Assembly: GCA_934589675.1 (NCBI GenBank)
Contig: CAKTOF010000003.1
Span: 6,865 to 70,864 of the forward strand
Origin: an uncultured Oscillospiraceae bacterium
Lineage (GTDB): Bacteria > Bacillota > Clostridia > Oscillospirales > Oscillospiraceae
Direction of reading: 5' to 3'
DNA: 64,000 nt
Made by a program: the position numbers and the translations under genes. Below, piece by piece: positions 9,501-16,440 of the stretch (the stretch's first letter is position 1; every line of letters starts with the position of its first letter). Under the pieces are notes generated by a model. It was not told the origin of the DNA, did no database searches, and saw only the letters and a list, made by a program, of their open reading frames with translations.

Positions 9501-9981
9501 AGGCATGGCGCGCTATGGCGCGATCCTGACGTTTACGGCGGCGGACATCGCGGGCTTTGAGCTCGTCAGCACGGCGCAGCAGTCGATGACGATCGCTATT
9601 GAAGATCCCGCGGACGCGGCGAAGAAGAACGTGCGCACGTTTTACTACCGCGCGTGTCCGGCGGCGCTGACCGTGAAAAAGTCCGGCTGCGCGGCCGAGG
9701 ACGCCGGAGCGTGCTTCCTGTTCACCGTCACGGGTCCGGGCGGCTTTCAGGCGCAGCTGAGCATTGTCGGAAACGGCTCAGCGACGCTGGCAGGCCTCCC
9801 AGCGGGGACGTACACCGTGCGCGAGGAGACGGACTGGAGCTGGCGCTACACGCCGGAGGACGCGGAGTTGACCGTCGTGATCAGAAACGGCGGGACAGGC
9901 GAGGCGATTTTCCAAAACTCGCGCACGGATGACCGCTGGCTGACCGCCGACGCGCGCTGCGACAACCACTTTACCGGCTGA
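6538..9981 (+). CDS. Large secreted repeat adhesin (MucBP-like and Listeria-Bacteroides/InlB B-type repeats, C-terminal Cna-B/SpaA-like beta-sandwich), no anchor signal
   Basis: 1147 aa. Sec signal ...LPCGTAAAETA. At least 3 repeats of GY(T/R)F(L/V)GW / YVFDGWY type. Several ~70-aa Y-x-V-x-Y ... GY ... repeats (YTVRYLERGT.., YEVRYLELGT.., YTIRYRLADGT..). C-terminus is LTVKKSG...LAGLPAGTYTVREE. Confidence 0.7.
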   Translation: MNRRITALALCAATLLAVLPCGTAAAETASWIKCAGEAAETVMLDAAQRQTITARTDADGQWQIACGDIWADIAGQTEKTLTVSYALIASALDGESAMLRYACGGQVIAGPVTVTLAPADADVPADVQRAAAAEPAASDEAALTAEAAPQAGLYTVTVEYMLSSGERAAPSWTAQLSAGSALRQTVLSPAVTGYAPDQEAVELDIESLEGDRSIVVTYYPAETTFTVLHYYQRVDADDYELARSQTRTGRTGDPVGDGLTDTPEGFYAMRYDASTRIAADGSTVIELYYDRYYYLMRFDLGGGYGVEPVYARYGAPIAAGTPTRAGYTFLGWDPQVPETMPAENATHTALWSEGTAGFTVVFWYENADDDGYSAAGTYTPADVPPGTTVSSEDYQNQAFDGRDAAHFTYNAAKAETATVAGDGSAVLNVFFLRNEYTLTFKGRYTTYKTITAKYQQDIHVEFPIKDGNQTIWWTVPDDCTTYVPGNELGSIDIMPGENITFTRADATSRTWLWYYVETLPGETADATYGGKSFKLYKKINCDGTSTLTRKEEFHAIRGFTQWRSDPVFDSEGKAEQKRNNYFYYARDSYTLQFFNYNAYVTDKEASVLYEAPLGGYDFTPDCPAGLEKDAYVFDGWYRTAGCYEGSEADLSEMTMPASDLILYARWTPKSHRVRTYLSESALTAGGAALGTWDTVPHGTAVESPPDDPAREGYRFVGWFYRGADGAEHAYDFSIPVTRDLELYAKWSSDTLVAYTIRYRLADGTHVAPDTTGYAPGGATRTFAAKAGTELYAGYQTGYFPNVASHSLTMDLDDAAQNEFTFIYEPAGKLPYTVRYLERGTNAALHEEKQAETSDAIVTERFVAVDGYAPDAYEKRLILTTDTNELIFWYDRDDAHAPVRTVHYVQNVAGDGYTVYRASEDAGGVIGQTYDAAPLALAGFTYQAEKSTPSGVLTAAGLLLTLYYDRALYPYEVRYLELGTEKPLANPTEGMARYGAILTFTAADIAGFELVSTAQQSMTIAIEDPADAAKKNVRTFYYRACPAALTVKKSGCAAEDAGACFLFTVTGPGGFQAQLSIVGNGSATLAGLPAGTYTVREETDWSWRYTPEDAELTVVIRNGGTGEAIFQNSRTDDRWLTADARCDNHFTG

Positions 9982-9992
9982 GGAGGGAGACC

Positions 9993-10556
9993 ATGGACGA
10001 AACGAGAGGAAGAGCGCGCGCCGCTGCGGCGCTTCTGGCGCTGACCCTGCTCGCCTCGGCGGGCAGCGGCGCAACGGCCGCGATGCTCTCACGCCGGTCG
10101 GAAGCGGCGGAGAACGTGTTTTCCTATGCGCTTGTGGACTGCTCGGTCGACGAGGAATTCAACGGGCGCGTCAAGAAAAACGTGCAGGTGACAAACGACG
10201 GCACGACGGACGCATTCGTGCGCGCGGCGGTCATCATAAACTGGCTGAACGCAGACGGAACGGTCGCTGCCGCCGTCCCAGCGGGGTATGGCTATGAATT
10301 GACGCTGAACCCGGACGAAACGTGGCTCACCGGGGCGGATGGGTACTATTATTATCCTGCGCCGCTCGCGCCCGGACAGTCGACGCAGGGCAGCCTGCTC
10401 ACATGTAGAGTCACGCAGCCGGAGGACGCGCAATACACGCTCTCGGTGCAGATCATCGCAAGCGCCGTCCAGAGCGCGCCGGAGGCGGCGGCCGAGGAGG
10501 CGTGGGGCGTCGCGGTCGAGGACGGCCGCATCACGAAAACGGGGGTGAGCGGATGA
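9993..10556 (+). CDS. TasA/camelysin-like secreted protein with SipW-cognate signal peptide (paralogue 4)
   Basis: 187 aa. ...GATAAMLSRRSEAAENVFSYALV. Shares DGYYYY-x-PLAPG(Q/E)(S/T)T and AVQSAPEAAAEEAWG with paralogue 3. Confidence 0.7.
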   Translation: MDETRGRARAAAALLALTLLASAGSGATAAMLSRRSEAAENVFSYALVDCSVDEEFNGRVKKNVQVTNDGTTDAFVRAAVIINWLNADGTVAAAVPAGYGYELTLNPDETWLTGADGYYYYPAPLAPGQSTQGSLLTCRVTQPEDAQYTLSVQIIASAVQSAPEAAAEEAWGVAVEDGRITKTGVSG

Positions 10557-11755
10557 GACGGATCGCTGCGGCGGCGCTTGCCGCGCTGCTCACGCTTGCC
10601 ATGCTCCCGGCTGCGCTGGCTGCGCCGGGCGGGACGGTCACATACCGAGGGAGAAGCGCGGGCTTCGAGTTTTCACCCGGCAGCGCGGACGCCGCGACCG
10701 ATCTCTTCTCGGCGTTCCGGGACATCATGCCCGGCGACGCGCGGGAGACGACGGTGACCTTCAAGAACGCAGCGTCGGACTGTGACTATGTCGAACTCTA
10801 TCTGCGCGCGGAGACGAAAAGCGGGGAGGACTTCCTCTCGCAGCTCCATCTGCGCGTCGAAACCGGCGGGACGGCGCTGTTTGACGGCCCGGCTGCCATG
10901 GCGCTCTCGCGCGTACACCTCGGGACGGTCCGCGCGGGGGATTCAATGGCGCTTTCCGTCAAGCTGACGGCGCCGAAGGAGCTCGGCAATGAGTTTTCCA
11001 TCCGCGCGGGCGAGGTGGACTGGATCTTTTCGGTTTCGGCGTTCAACGCCACGCAGCTGACCGCGCGCAAGGTCTGGGGCGACGGCAGCGCTGCGCACAG
11101 CGGTGAAGTCGTCCGCGTGCAGCTGCTGAAAAACGGCAGCGCTGACCGGACGGCGGAGCTGAGCGCGCGCAATGGCTGGGCCTATACGTTCGACGGGCTG
11201 GACGCGGACGATGCGTGGACGATCGAGGAGCTGGACGTCCCGGCGGGCTACACGGCCTCTTACCAGACGGAAGGCGGCGTCGTGACCATTTTGAACGCGC
11301 CCGTCCGCACGCCCGACCTGCCGGTCACTCCGCAGCCAAGCCCACCTGCTCCTGAACCGGAGCCTGAGCCGGATGGCCCGGACGCGCCGGAGGCGGGCGC
11401 GCAGCTCACGGTCGTCAAGCGCTGGGACGGCGAAAGGATGCATCCGGACAGCGTGAATGTGACGCTCTATGACGGCGAAACGGCCGTCGAGACCGTCCGC
11501 CTGACGGCCGAGGACGGCTGGACGCACACATGGACGGAGCTTCCCGCCGCGGGCGACTACGCTGTGCTCGAGTCGGACATCCCGCGCGGATTCTACCCGT
11601 CGTACTCGGTGGAGGGCGGCGACGTGACGATCACGAACGCGGCGTCGCTGCTTGATACGGGCCGGAGCGTGGACGCGTGGTATCTGGCGGGCGCGGGCGC
11701 GGCGCTGATGCTGATCGGCGCGCTCGTGCGGCGTGTCAGGCGGCGCGATGCGTAG
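10553..11755 (+). CDS. Cell-wall sorting-signal protein: N-terminal TasA-like domain + two Cna-B repeats + LLDTG sorting signal
   Basis: ATG 10553 makes an ATGA overlap with the previous stop. Sec signal ...PAALAAPGG. Two Cna-B type repeats (KVWGDG...TILN and VVKRWDG...TITN) are separated by a PQPSPPAPEPEPEPDGPD linker. C-terminus is LLDTG + hydrophobic stretch + RRVRRRDA. Confidence 0.75.
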   Translation: MRRIAAAALAALLTLAMLPAALAAPGGTVTYRGRSAGFEFSPGSADAATDLFSAFRDIMPGDARETTVTFKNAASDCDYVELYLRAETKSGEDFLSQLHLRVETGGTALFDGPAAMALSRVHLGTVRAGDSMALSVKLTAPKELGNEFSIRAGEVDWIFSVSAFNATQLTARKVWGDGSAAHSGEVVRVQLLKNGSADRTAELSARNGWAYTFDGLDADDAWTIEELDVPAGYTASYQTEGGVVTILNAPVRTPDLPVTPQPSPPAPEPEPEPDGPDAPEAGAQLTVVKRWDGERMHPDSVNVTLYDGETAVETVRLTAEDGWTHTWTELPAAGDYAVLESDIPRGFYPSYSVEGGDVTITNAASLLDTGRSVDAWYLAGAGAALMLIGALVRRVRRRDA

Positions 11756-12377
11756 ACGGGCAGGAGGTGTGCTTTTCGTGCTCGGCGCGGCGGTTTTGAC
11801 GGCGGCCTTCATCCGCGGCGCGCAGACGGCGGCGGATGACGCCGCGGCCGGGCAGGCGTCAGCGGAGATCCTGACGCAGTTTTATGCGGCCATGGAACGG
11901 ACGGCGGACGAGGCAGCGGACAGCGCAGCGGATGAGGCGGCGGACACGCTGCCCGCGCCGCTTGCTGCGGCAGCTTCGCAGGCGGCACCGTCGCCCGCGG
12001 ACGCGGAGACGCCGGAGTGCATCGGCGCGCTGGTCATCCCGGCCATCGCGCTGGCGCTGCCGGTGCTGGCGGACTGGTCGGACGGGAACCTCGAGCTTGC
12101 GCCCTGCCGCCAATTCGGCGCGCCGGAGACGGATGACCTTGTCATCGCGGGCCACAATTACCGCAGCCAGTTTTCCCGGCTTGGGGAGCTCTGCGCCGGC
12201 GATGCGCTCACATTGACAGACCGCGAGGGCAGAAGCCACACCTACACCGTCGCGGAAACGGCGACCGTCGCGCCGGACGACGTGGCGGCCGTGCAGAGCG
12301 CGGCATATCCGCTCGTGCTCTACACATGCACGCCGGGCGCGAAGGCGCGCGTGGCCGTATTTTGCAATTACGCATAG
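11748..12377 (+). CDS. Sortase family transpeptidase
   Basis: TM anchor, Ala/Asp-rich linker, catalytic His (VIAGHN), Cys (LVLYTCTP) and Arg (KARVAVF). ATG 11748 overlaps the preceding stop; GTG 11733 is an alternative start. Confidence 0.8.
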   Translation: MRRRAGGVLFVLGAAVLTAAFIRGAQTAADDAAAGQASAEILTQFYAAMERTADEAADSAADEAADTLPAPLAAAASQAAPSPADAETPECIGALVIPAIALALPVLADWSDGNLELAPCRQFGAPETDDLVIAGHNYRSQFSRLGELCAGDALTLTDREGRSHTYTVAETATVAPDDVAAVQSAAYPLVLYTCTPGAKARVAVFCNYA

Positions 12378-12378
12378 A

Positions 12379-12408
12379 AAAAGGGCAGAGGCCGAGCCTC
12401 TGCCCTTT
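12379..12408. terminator. Bidirectional intrinsic terminator between sortase and the convergent yoaK-like gene
   Basis: AAAGGGCAGAGGC-cga-GCCTCTGCCCTTT. Confidence 0.8.
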
Positions 12409-12410
12409 GC

Positions 12411-13094
12411 TTATTTCTCTTTGCGCTCTCCGGGAATCATCAGCAGCAGGCTGCACAGCAGCAGCGCGCACGACAGCCAGATCGTTCCGTGCCCCAGAAC
12501 CGGGACAAGGCGGCTGCCGAGGCCTGCGCCGAGGAAAAATGCGAAAATGACGCCGAAATAGCGCGCCGCGCGCGGCAGATCGTTCGGATTTTTCGTCCGG
12601 ACGAAGGCGCACAGGGCCTCGACGCCGCTTCGGAGGTTGCCGATGCACATCGTGCTTGCAAACGGATGGCCGCCGACCTTGCGGAACGCCTGCACCTGCA
12701 TGGCGCACGCAAATGAGACGAGCGCATTTGCCGCCATGTCGAGCGCGGCCGGGAAGAATCCGACGGCAAACAGCAGCGCGATCTCACCGAGCAGCACGAG
12801 CTGCCGCCAGTGGACGGACGAGCGGTGCTGGAAGCGGAAGCGGATGAGCTCGCTGGCCAGCACGCCGAGCGCGAAGGATAAGACCGGGATGAGATAGTGC
12901 ATCGCCGCGGCCCAGCTGCCGGAGAAAATGTTCGTGCTGAGCAGGACGATGTTGCCCGTCTGCGCATTGGCAAAGACGTGGCCGCGCGAGAGGTAGGAAT
13001 ACGCGTCCTGCAGCCCGCCCGACAGCGAAAGAAACAGCACGGTGATCATAGCCTCGGACATCTGGCCGCGCGCGCGGCCTGCTTTTTGCTTCAT
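12411..13094 (-). CDS. YoaK/DUF1275 family membrane protein
   Basis: 227 aa, about 6 TM. GGLQDAYSY...FANAQTGN motif is typical of DUF1275. RBS AAGGAGG. Confidence 0.6.
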   Translation of the reverse strand: MKQKAGRARGQMSEAMITVLFLSLSGGLQDAYSYLSRGHVFANAQTGNIVLLSTNIFSGSWAAAMHYLIPVLSFALGVLASELIRFRFQHRSSVHWRQLVLLGEIALLFAVGFFPAALDMAANALVSFACAMQVQAFRKVGGHPFASTMCIGNLRSGVEALCAFVRTKNPNDLPRAARYFGVIFAFFLGAGLGSRLVPVLGHGTIWLSCALLLCSLLLMIPGERKEK

Positions 13095-13166
13095 GGCGGC
13101 GCCTCCTTTTCTTACCGTTCGAAATTATACGCACCGGAGCGATAAAATGCAACTGTCGCGCGCGCA

Positions 13167-13196
13167 GAAAAAGGGCAGCGGCGCGCCGCTGCCCTT
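13167..13196 (-). terminator. Intrinsic terminator of the DUF1538/PII-like operon
   Basis: On the minus strand: AAAGGGCAGCGGCG/CGCCGCTGCCCTTTTT. Confidence 0.75.
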
Positions 13197-13200
13197 TGGT

Positions 13201-13860
13201 CTATTTGTCCAGCAGGGAGAAGCCTGCCACGTCCGTCACCGGAAGCGAGAACGTGATGGCGCCGGCGTCCGAGCCGGGGCCGGCCTGCTCCAAAATGGCC
13301 TGCATGATGGCGGCTTTTTCGCCTGCGCGAGCGACGATGAGGATCAGCTCCTTTTCCTGCGCGAGAGACAGGCCGAAGAACTTCTCCGATTTGGCGTTGC
13401 CCGTGCCTTTCCCGTGCAGGATCGTCCCGCCGGCTGCGCCTGCAGAGCGGGCGGCATCCATGACGGCGTCCGTGTAGCCGGCGTTTGCAATGGCGAGCAC
13501 GAGCTCGTAGTCAAATTCCGCCGCAGGCGGCTGAGTGAGCGGCGCATCGCCGCGAAGATATGACAAGGTCCTTCCTCCTCCTACGCTTTTCATTGGGACG
13601 ACAACGGCGATGCCGCCGCCCGGGGTGTCGAGATAGAGCTGCCGGCGCATGGCTTCAAGGAGCGCGATCGTTTTTTCCTCAGTCGTGACGCTGAGCACGA
13701 CGCGCCGCTCGCGTGAGACGATGCCGAGCAGATCCAGCACGCTGCGCGAAGCCGTTCCGCGCCCGTACAGCGCGAGATTGAGCGGCACGTCCAGCGACCG
13801 GCACAGGGTGAGCATCGGCTCGAGCTGTTCGCGGCTTAAAATGCTGACAGTCAGATTCAT
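13201..13860 (-). CDS. Tandem P-II-like (nitrogen regulatory protein-like) domain protein
   Basis: Two ~100-aa halves with a PII-like pattern (second half: ELVLAIANAGYTDAVMDAARSAGAAGGTILHGKGTG). ATG 13860 forms an ATGA overlap with the upstream DUF1538 gene stop. Confidence 0.65.
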   Translation of the reverse strand: MNLTVSILSREQLEPMLTLCRSLDVPLNLALYGRGTASRSVLDLLGIVSRERRVVLSVTTEEKTIALLEAMRRQLYLDTPGGGIAVVVPMKSVGGGRTLSYLRGDAPLTQPPAAEFDYELVLAIANAGYTDAVMDAARSAGAAGGTILHGKGTGNAKSEKFFGLSLAQEKELILIVARAGEKAAIMQAILEQAGPGSDAGAITFSLPVTDVAGFSLLDK

Positions 13861-15440
13861 ACGGCAGCCTCCCAAAGTTCGATGACATCCGTGTCGCCAA
13901 AGGCGGCGTCCTGCCGCTCCGGACCGCCAGCGCGGCGGACGGAGATGGCGCCCATGATCTGGATGGAGATGAGCGGCATCATTGCGACCATGGCGACGAC
14001 GCCGAACGCGTCGCGCAGCGGATCGCCTCCGAGCGCGGTCGACGCGCCCATCATAAATTGCAGCATAAACGTCGCCGTCATCGGGCCGGAGGCGACGCCG
14101 CCGGAGTCAAACGCGATGGCGGTGTAGAGATCCGGCACGAAGAACGAAAGCCCGAGCGCGACCGCGTAGCCCGGCACGAGGAACCACAAAGCGGACAGCC
14201 CCGTGACGACGCGCAGCATGGCAAGCCCCATGGCCAGCGCGATGGCGAGCGACAGGCTCAGCCGGATGGCGCGGCCGGAGATGGCGCCGGAGCTCACGTC
14301 CTCGATCTGCTTCTGCAGCACCGTCACGGCCGGCTCAGCCGAGATGATAAAATAGCCGAGCAGCATGGACAGCGGGATGAGCAGGTATTTCGTCCATCCC
14401 GAGGCCAGCGACGCGCCGAGCAAGCTGCCGAGCGCGGAAAATCCGACGTTTACGCCCGTGAGGAACAGCACAAGGCCGACATAGGTATACGCGATGCCGA
14501 GCAGGATGCGCCAGAGCGCGCGGCGCGGCATACGCAGGCTCACGGCCTGAAACAGCAGGAAAATGAGAAAGATCGGCGCGAGCGACACGGCCATCTCTTT
14601 CATGTAGACCGGGATGGCGTCAAGATATGCCCGGCCGATGGCACCCGTGTCGGGCAGAGCGGCGGCCTGCGCAGCGCCGGCGTGCGTGCCGCTGCTCTGA
14701 TAGAAAAATCCGAGGATGAGCACGGACATGATCGGCCCGATGGAGCACAGCGCCACAAGGCCGAAGCTGTCAGACTCGGCGTTGCGGTCGCTTCGGATGT
14801 GTGCCACGCCGACGCCGAGCGCAAGGATGAACGGTACGGTCATCGGCCCGGTCGTCACGCCGCCGGAATCGAACGCGACGCTCAGAAAATCCGCGTCTGC
14901 CAGCGAGGCAAGGATAAATACGACGGCGTAGAACGCGATGAGGAGCCAGCGCAGGCGGATGCCGAGCAGAACGCGCACCATGCACACGGCAAGGAAAAAT
15001 CCGACGCCGACGCCGACGGTGAGCAGCAGCACGGTGTTGTCGATGTGCGGCACCGTCTCGGCCAGCACCTGAAGATCGGGCTCAGCGACCGTGATGGCCG
15101 CGCCGAGCAGAAAGCTGACTGCGACGATGAGCAAGGGCTTTCTTGAGCGCGTGAGCGCGGAGCCGATGCGGTTGCCGATGGGCGTCATGCTCGTCTCTGC
15201 GCCAAGCGTGAAAAGCCCCATGCCGACAATGAGAAGCAGCGCGCCGAGCAAAAACGAAACCATGAGCCCCGCCGGAACGGGCGAGATGGTCAGGCACAGC
15301 ACAAGCACGATGATGAGAATGGGCAGAACCGAGCGCGCGGCGCTGCGGATCTCCGCCCGGATGTGGGAAGTCGTCTTGAATAAACGGATGCGGAAGCAGC
15401 TCCTTTCCGGAAAAATTATGGCTGCGGCAGCCATTTCCAT
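13857..15440 (-). CDS. Membrane protein with two fused DUF1538 domains
   Basis: Internal duplication visible (AFDSGGVTTGPMTVPF and AFDSGGVASGPMTATF; AEPDLQVL and AEPAVTVL). Start is uncertain (ATG 15440 or 15434). The first ~94 codons of ORF 13857..15722 are rejected as non-coding. Confidence 0.65.
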   Translation of the reverse strand: MEMAAAAIIFPERSCFRIRLFKTTSHIRAEIRSAARSVLPILIIVLVLCLTISPVPAGLMVSFLLGALLLIVGMGLFTLGAETSMTPIGNRIGSALTRSRKPLLIVAVSFLLGAAITVAEPDLQVLAETVPHIDNTVLLLTVGVGVGFFLAVCMVRVLLGIRLRWLLIAFYAVVFILASLADADFLSVAFDSGGVTTGPMTVPFILALGVGVAHIRSDRNAESDSFGLVALCSIGPIMSVLILGFFYQSSGTHAGAAQAAALPDTGAIGRAYLDAIPVYMKEMAVSLAPIFLIFLLFQAVSLRMPRRALWRILLGIAYTYVGLVLFLTGVNVGFSALGSLLGASLASGWTKYLLIPLSMLLGYFIISAEPAVTVLQKQIEDVSSGAISGRAIRLSLSLAIALAMGLAMLRVVTGLSALWFLVPGYAVALGLSFFVPDLYTAIAFDSGGVASGPMTATFMLQFMMGASTALGGDPLRDAFGVVAMVAMMPLISIQIMGAISVRRAGGPERQDAAFGDTDVIELWEAAV

Positions 15441-15573
15441 ACAAATAATACTATAACATGGTTTTGCAGTCAAGGCAACCGAGCAGCTGAAAAAATTGTT
15501 CGGCCGCTCATCTTGCGGCGCGGCGCTCCATACGCTACAATATAGGTAAACGGATCGAAGGGAGGCGCGGACG

Positions 15574-16440
15574 ATGAACTGTGAGCGCTGCGGAAAGGTG
15601 ATCCCGGAGGGCGGCGGGAGCTGCCCGGACTGCGGCGGGCGCGCAGCCGGAAACAAGCGCGGCCGGACGGGCAGAGCGCTGGCCGTCGTGCTGCCGGTGC
15701 TCTCGCTCTTGTGCATCGGCATCGCGCTTTTGTACTACGCTGTGCTCGGCGACATCGGCAAGCCGGATCTGCCGGACGACGCATCGGCATCTCCGGAGCA
15801 GACGGCCGATGCGCCCGAGACCATCCACCTGTCCGGCACAGTGGATGAGGCGAGCGCGCCGGAGAAAACGCCCGCGCAGCCGGCCGCGGGGCAGACGGAC
15901 AAGCCGGACGCGGAGCCGGACGTGAAGCTTGTCCTTTCGCAGACGGAGCTGACGCTCGCCCCGGGCGAGCAGGCGGGGCTGTCCGTGTCCGTGCAGGCGC
16001 CGTATGGCAGGGAAGTGTATGTGTTCTGGTCGTCGTCGGACGAGACGGTCGCGTCGATCGACCCGTCCGGCATGGTGACGGCCGCCGCCCCGGGCGAGTG
16101 CGACATGATCGCCTCGGATGGCGAGGTGAGGTCGCTGTGCCATGTCACGGTCGCAGAGACGGCGGCAGACAGCTACCTGCTGCCGACGGACAGCCGCGTC
16201 ATCACAGAGTCGGACGTTTCCGACATGGACCGCGAGACGGTCTGCCTTGCGCGCAACGAGATCTTCGCGCGGCACGGCCGCGTGTTCAAAACGGCGTCCA
16301 TCCAGGCATATTTCGAGGCGCAGAGCTGGTATACGCCGGATCCGGACTTCGACGAGAACGCGCCCGGCGCGCTCAGCACGCTTGAAAAGCAGAACCTCAG
16401 CTTCCTGGTCGCTTACGAGACGCAAAAGGGCTGGAGATGA
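15574..16440 (+). CDS. Zinc-ribbon / TM / Big_2-like / YARHG domain protein
   Basis: N-terminal CERCG...CPDCG, one TM, an Ig-like segment (LTLAPGEQAGLSVSV...SSSDETVASIDPSGMVTA) and a C-terminal ARNEIFARHGRVF (YARHG motif). Confidence 0.7.
   Translation: MNCERCGKVIPEGGGSCPDCGGRAAGNKRGRTGRALAVVLPVLSLLCIGIALLYYAVLGDIGKPDLPDDASASPEQTADAPETIHLSGTVDEASAPEKTPAQPAAGQTDKPDAEPDVKLVLSQTELTLAPGEQAGLSVSVQAPYGREVYVFWSSSDETVASIDPSGMVTAAAPGECDMIASDGEVRSLCHVTVAETAADSYLLPTDSRVITESDVSDMDRETVCLARNEIFARHGRVFKTASIQAYFEAQSWYTPDPDFDENAPGALSTLEKQNLSFLVAYETQKGWR

Noticed and set aside
15441-15722. First ~94 codons of ORF 13857-15722
   Set aside because: A Pro/Ser/Arg-rich segment with no TM helix, preceding the DUF1538 core and overlapping the promoter region of the divergent YARHG gene. 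An internal ATG at 15440/15434 fits better, though the exact start remains uncertain.
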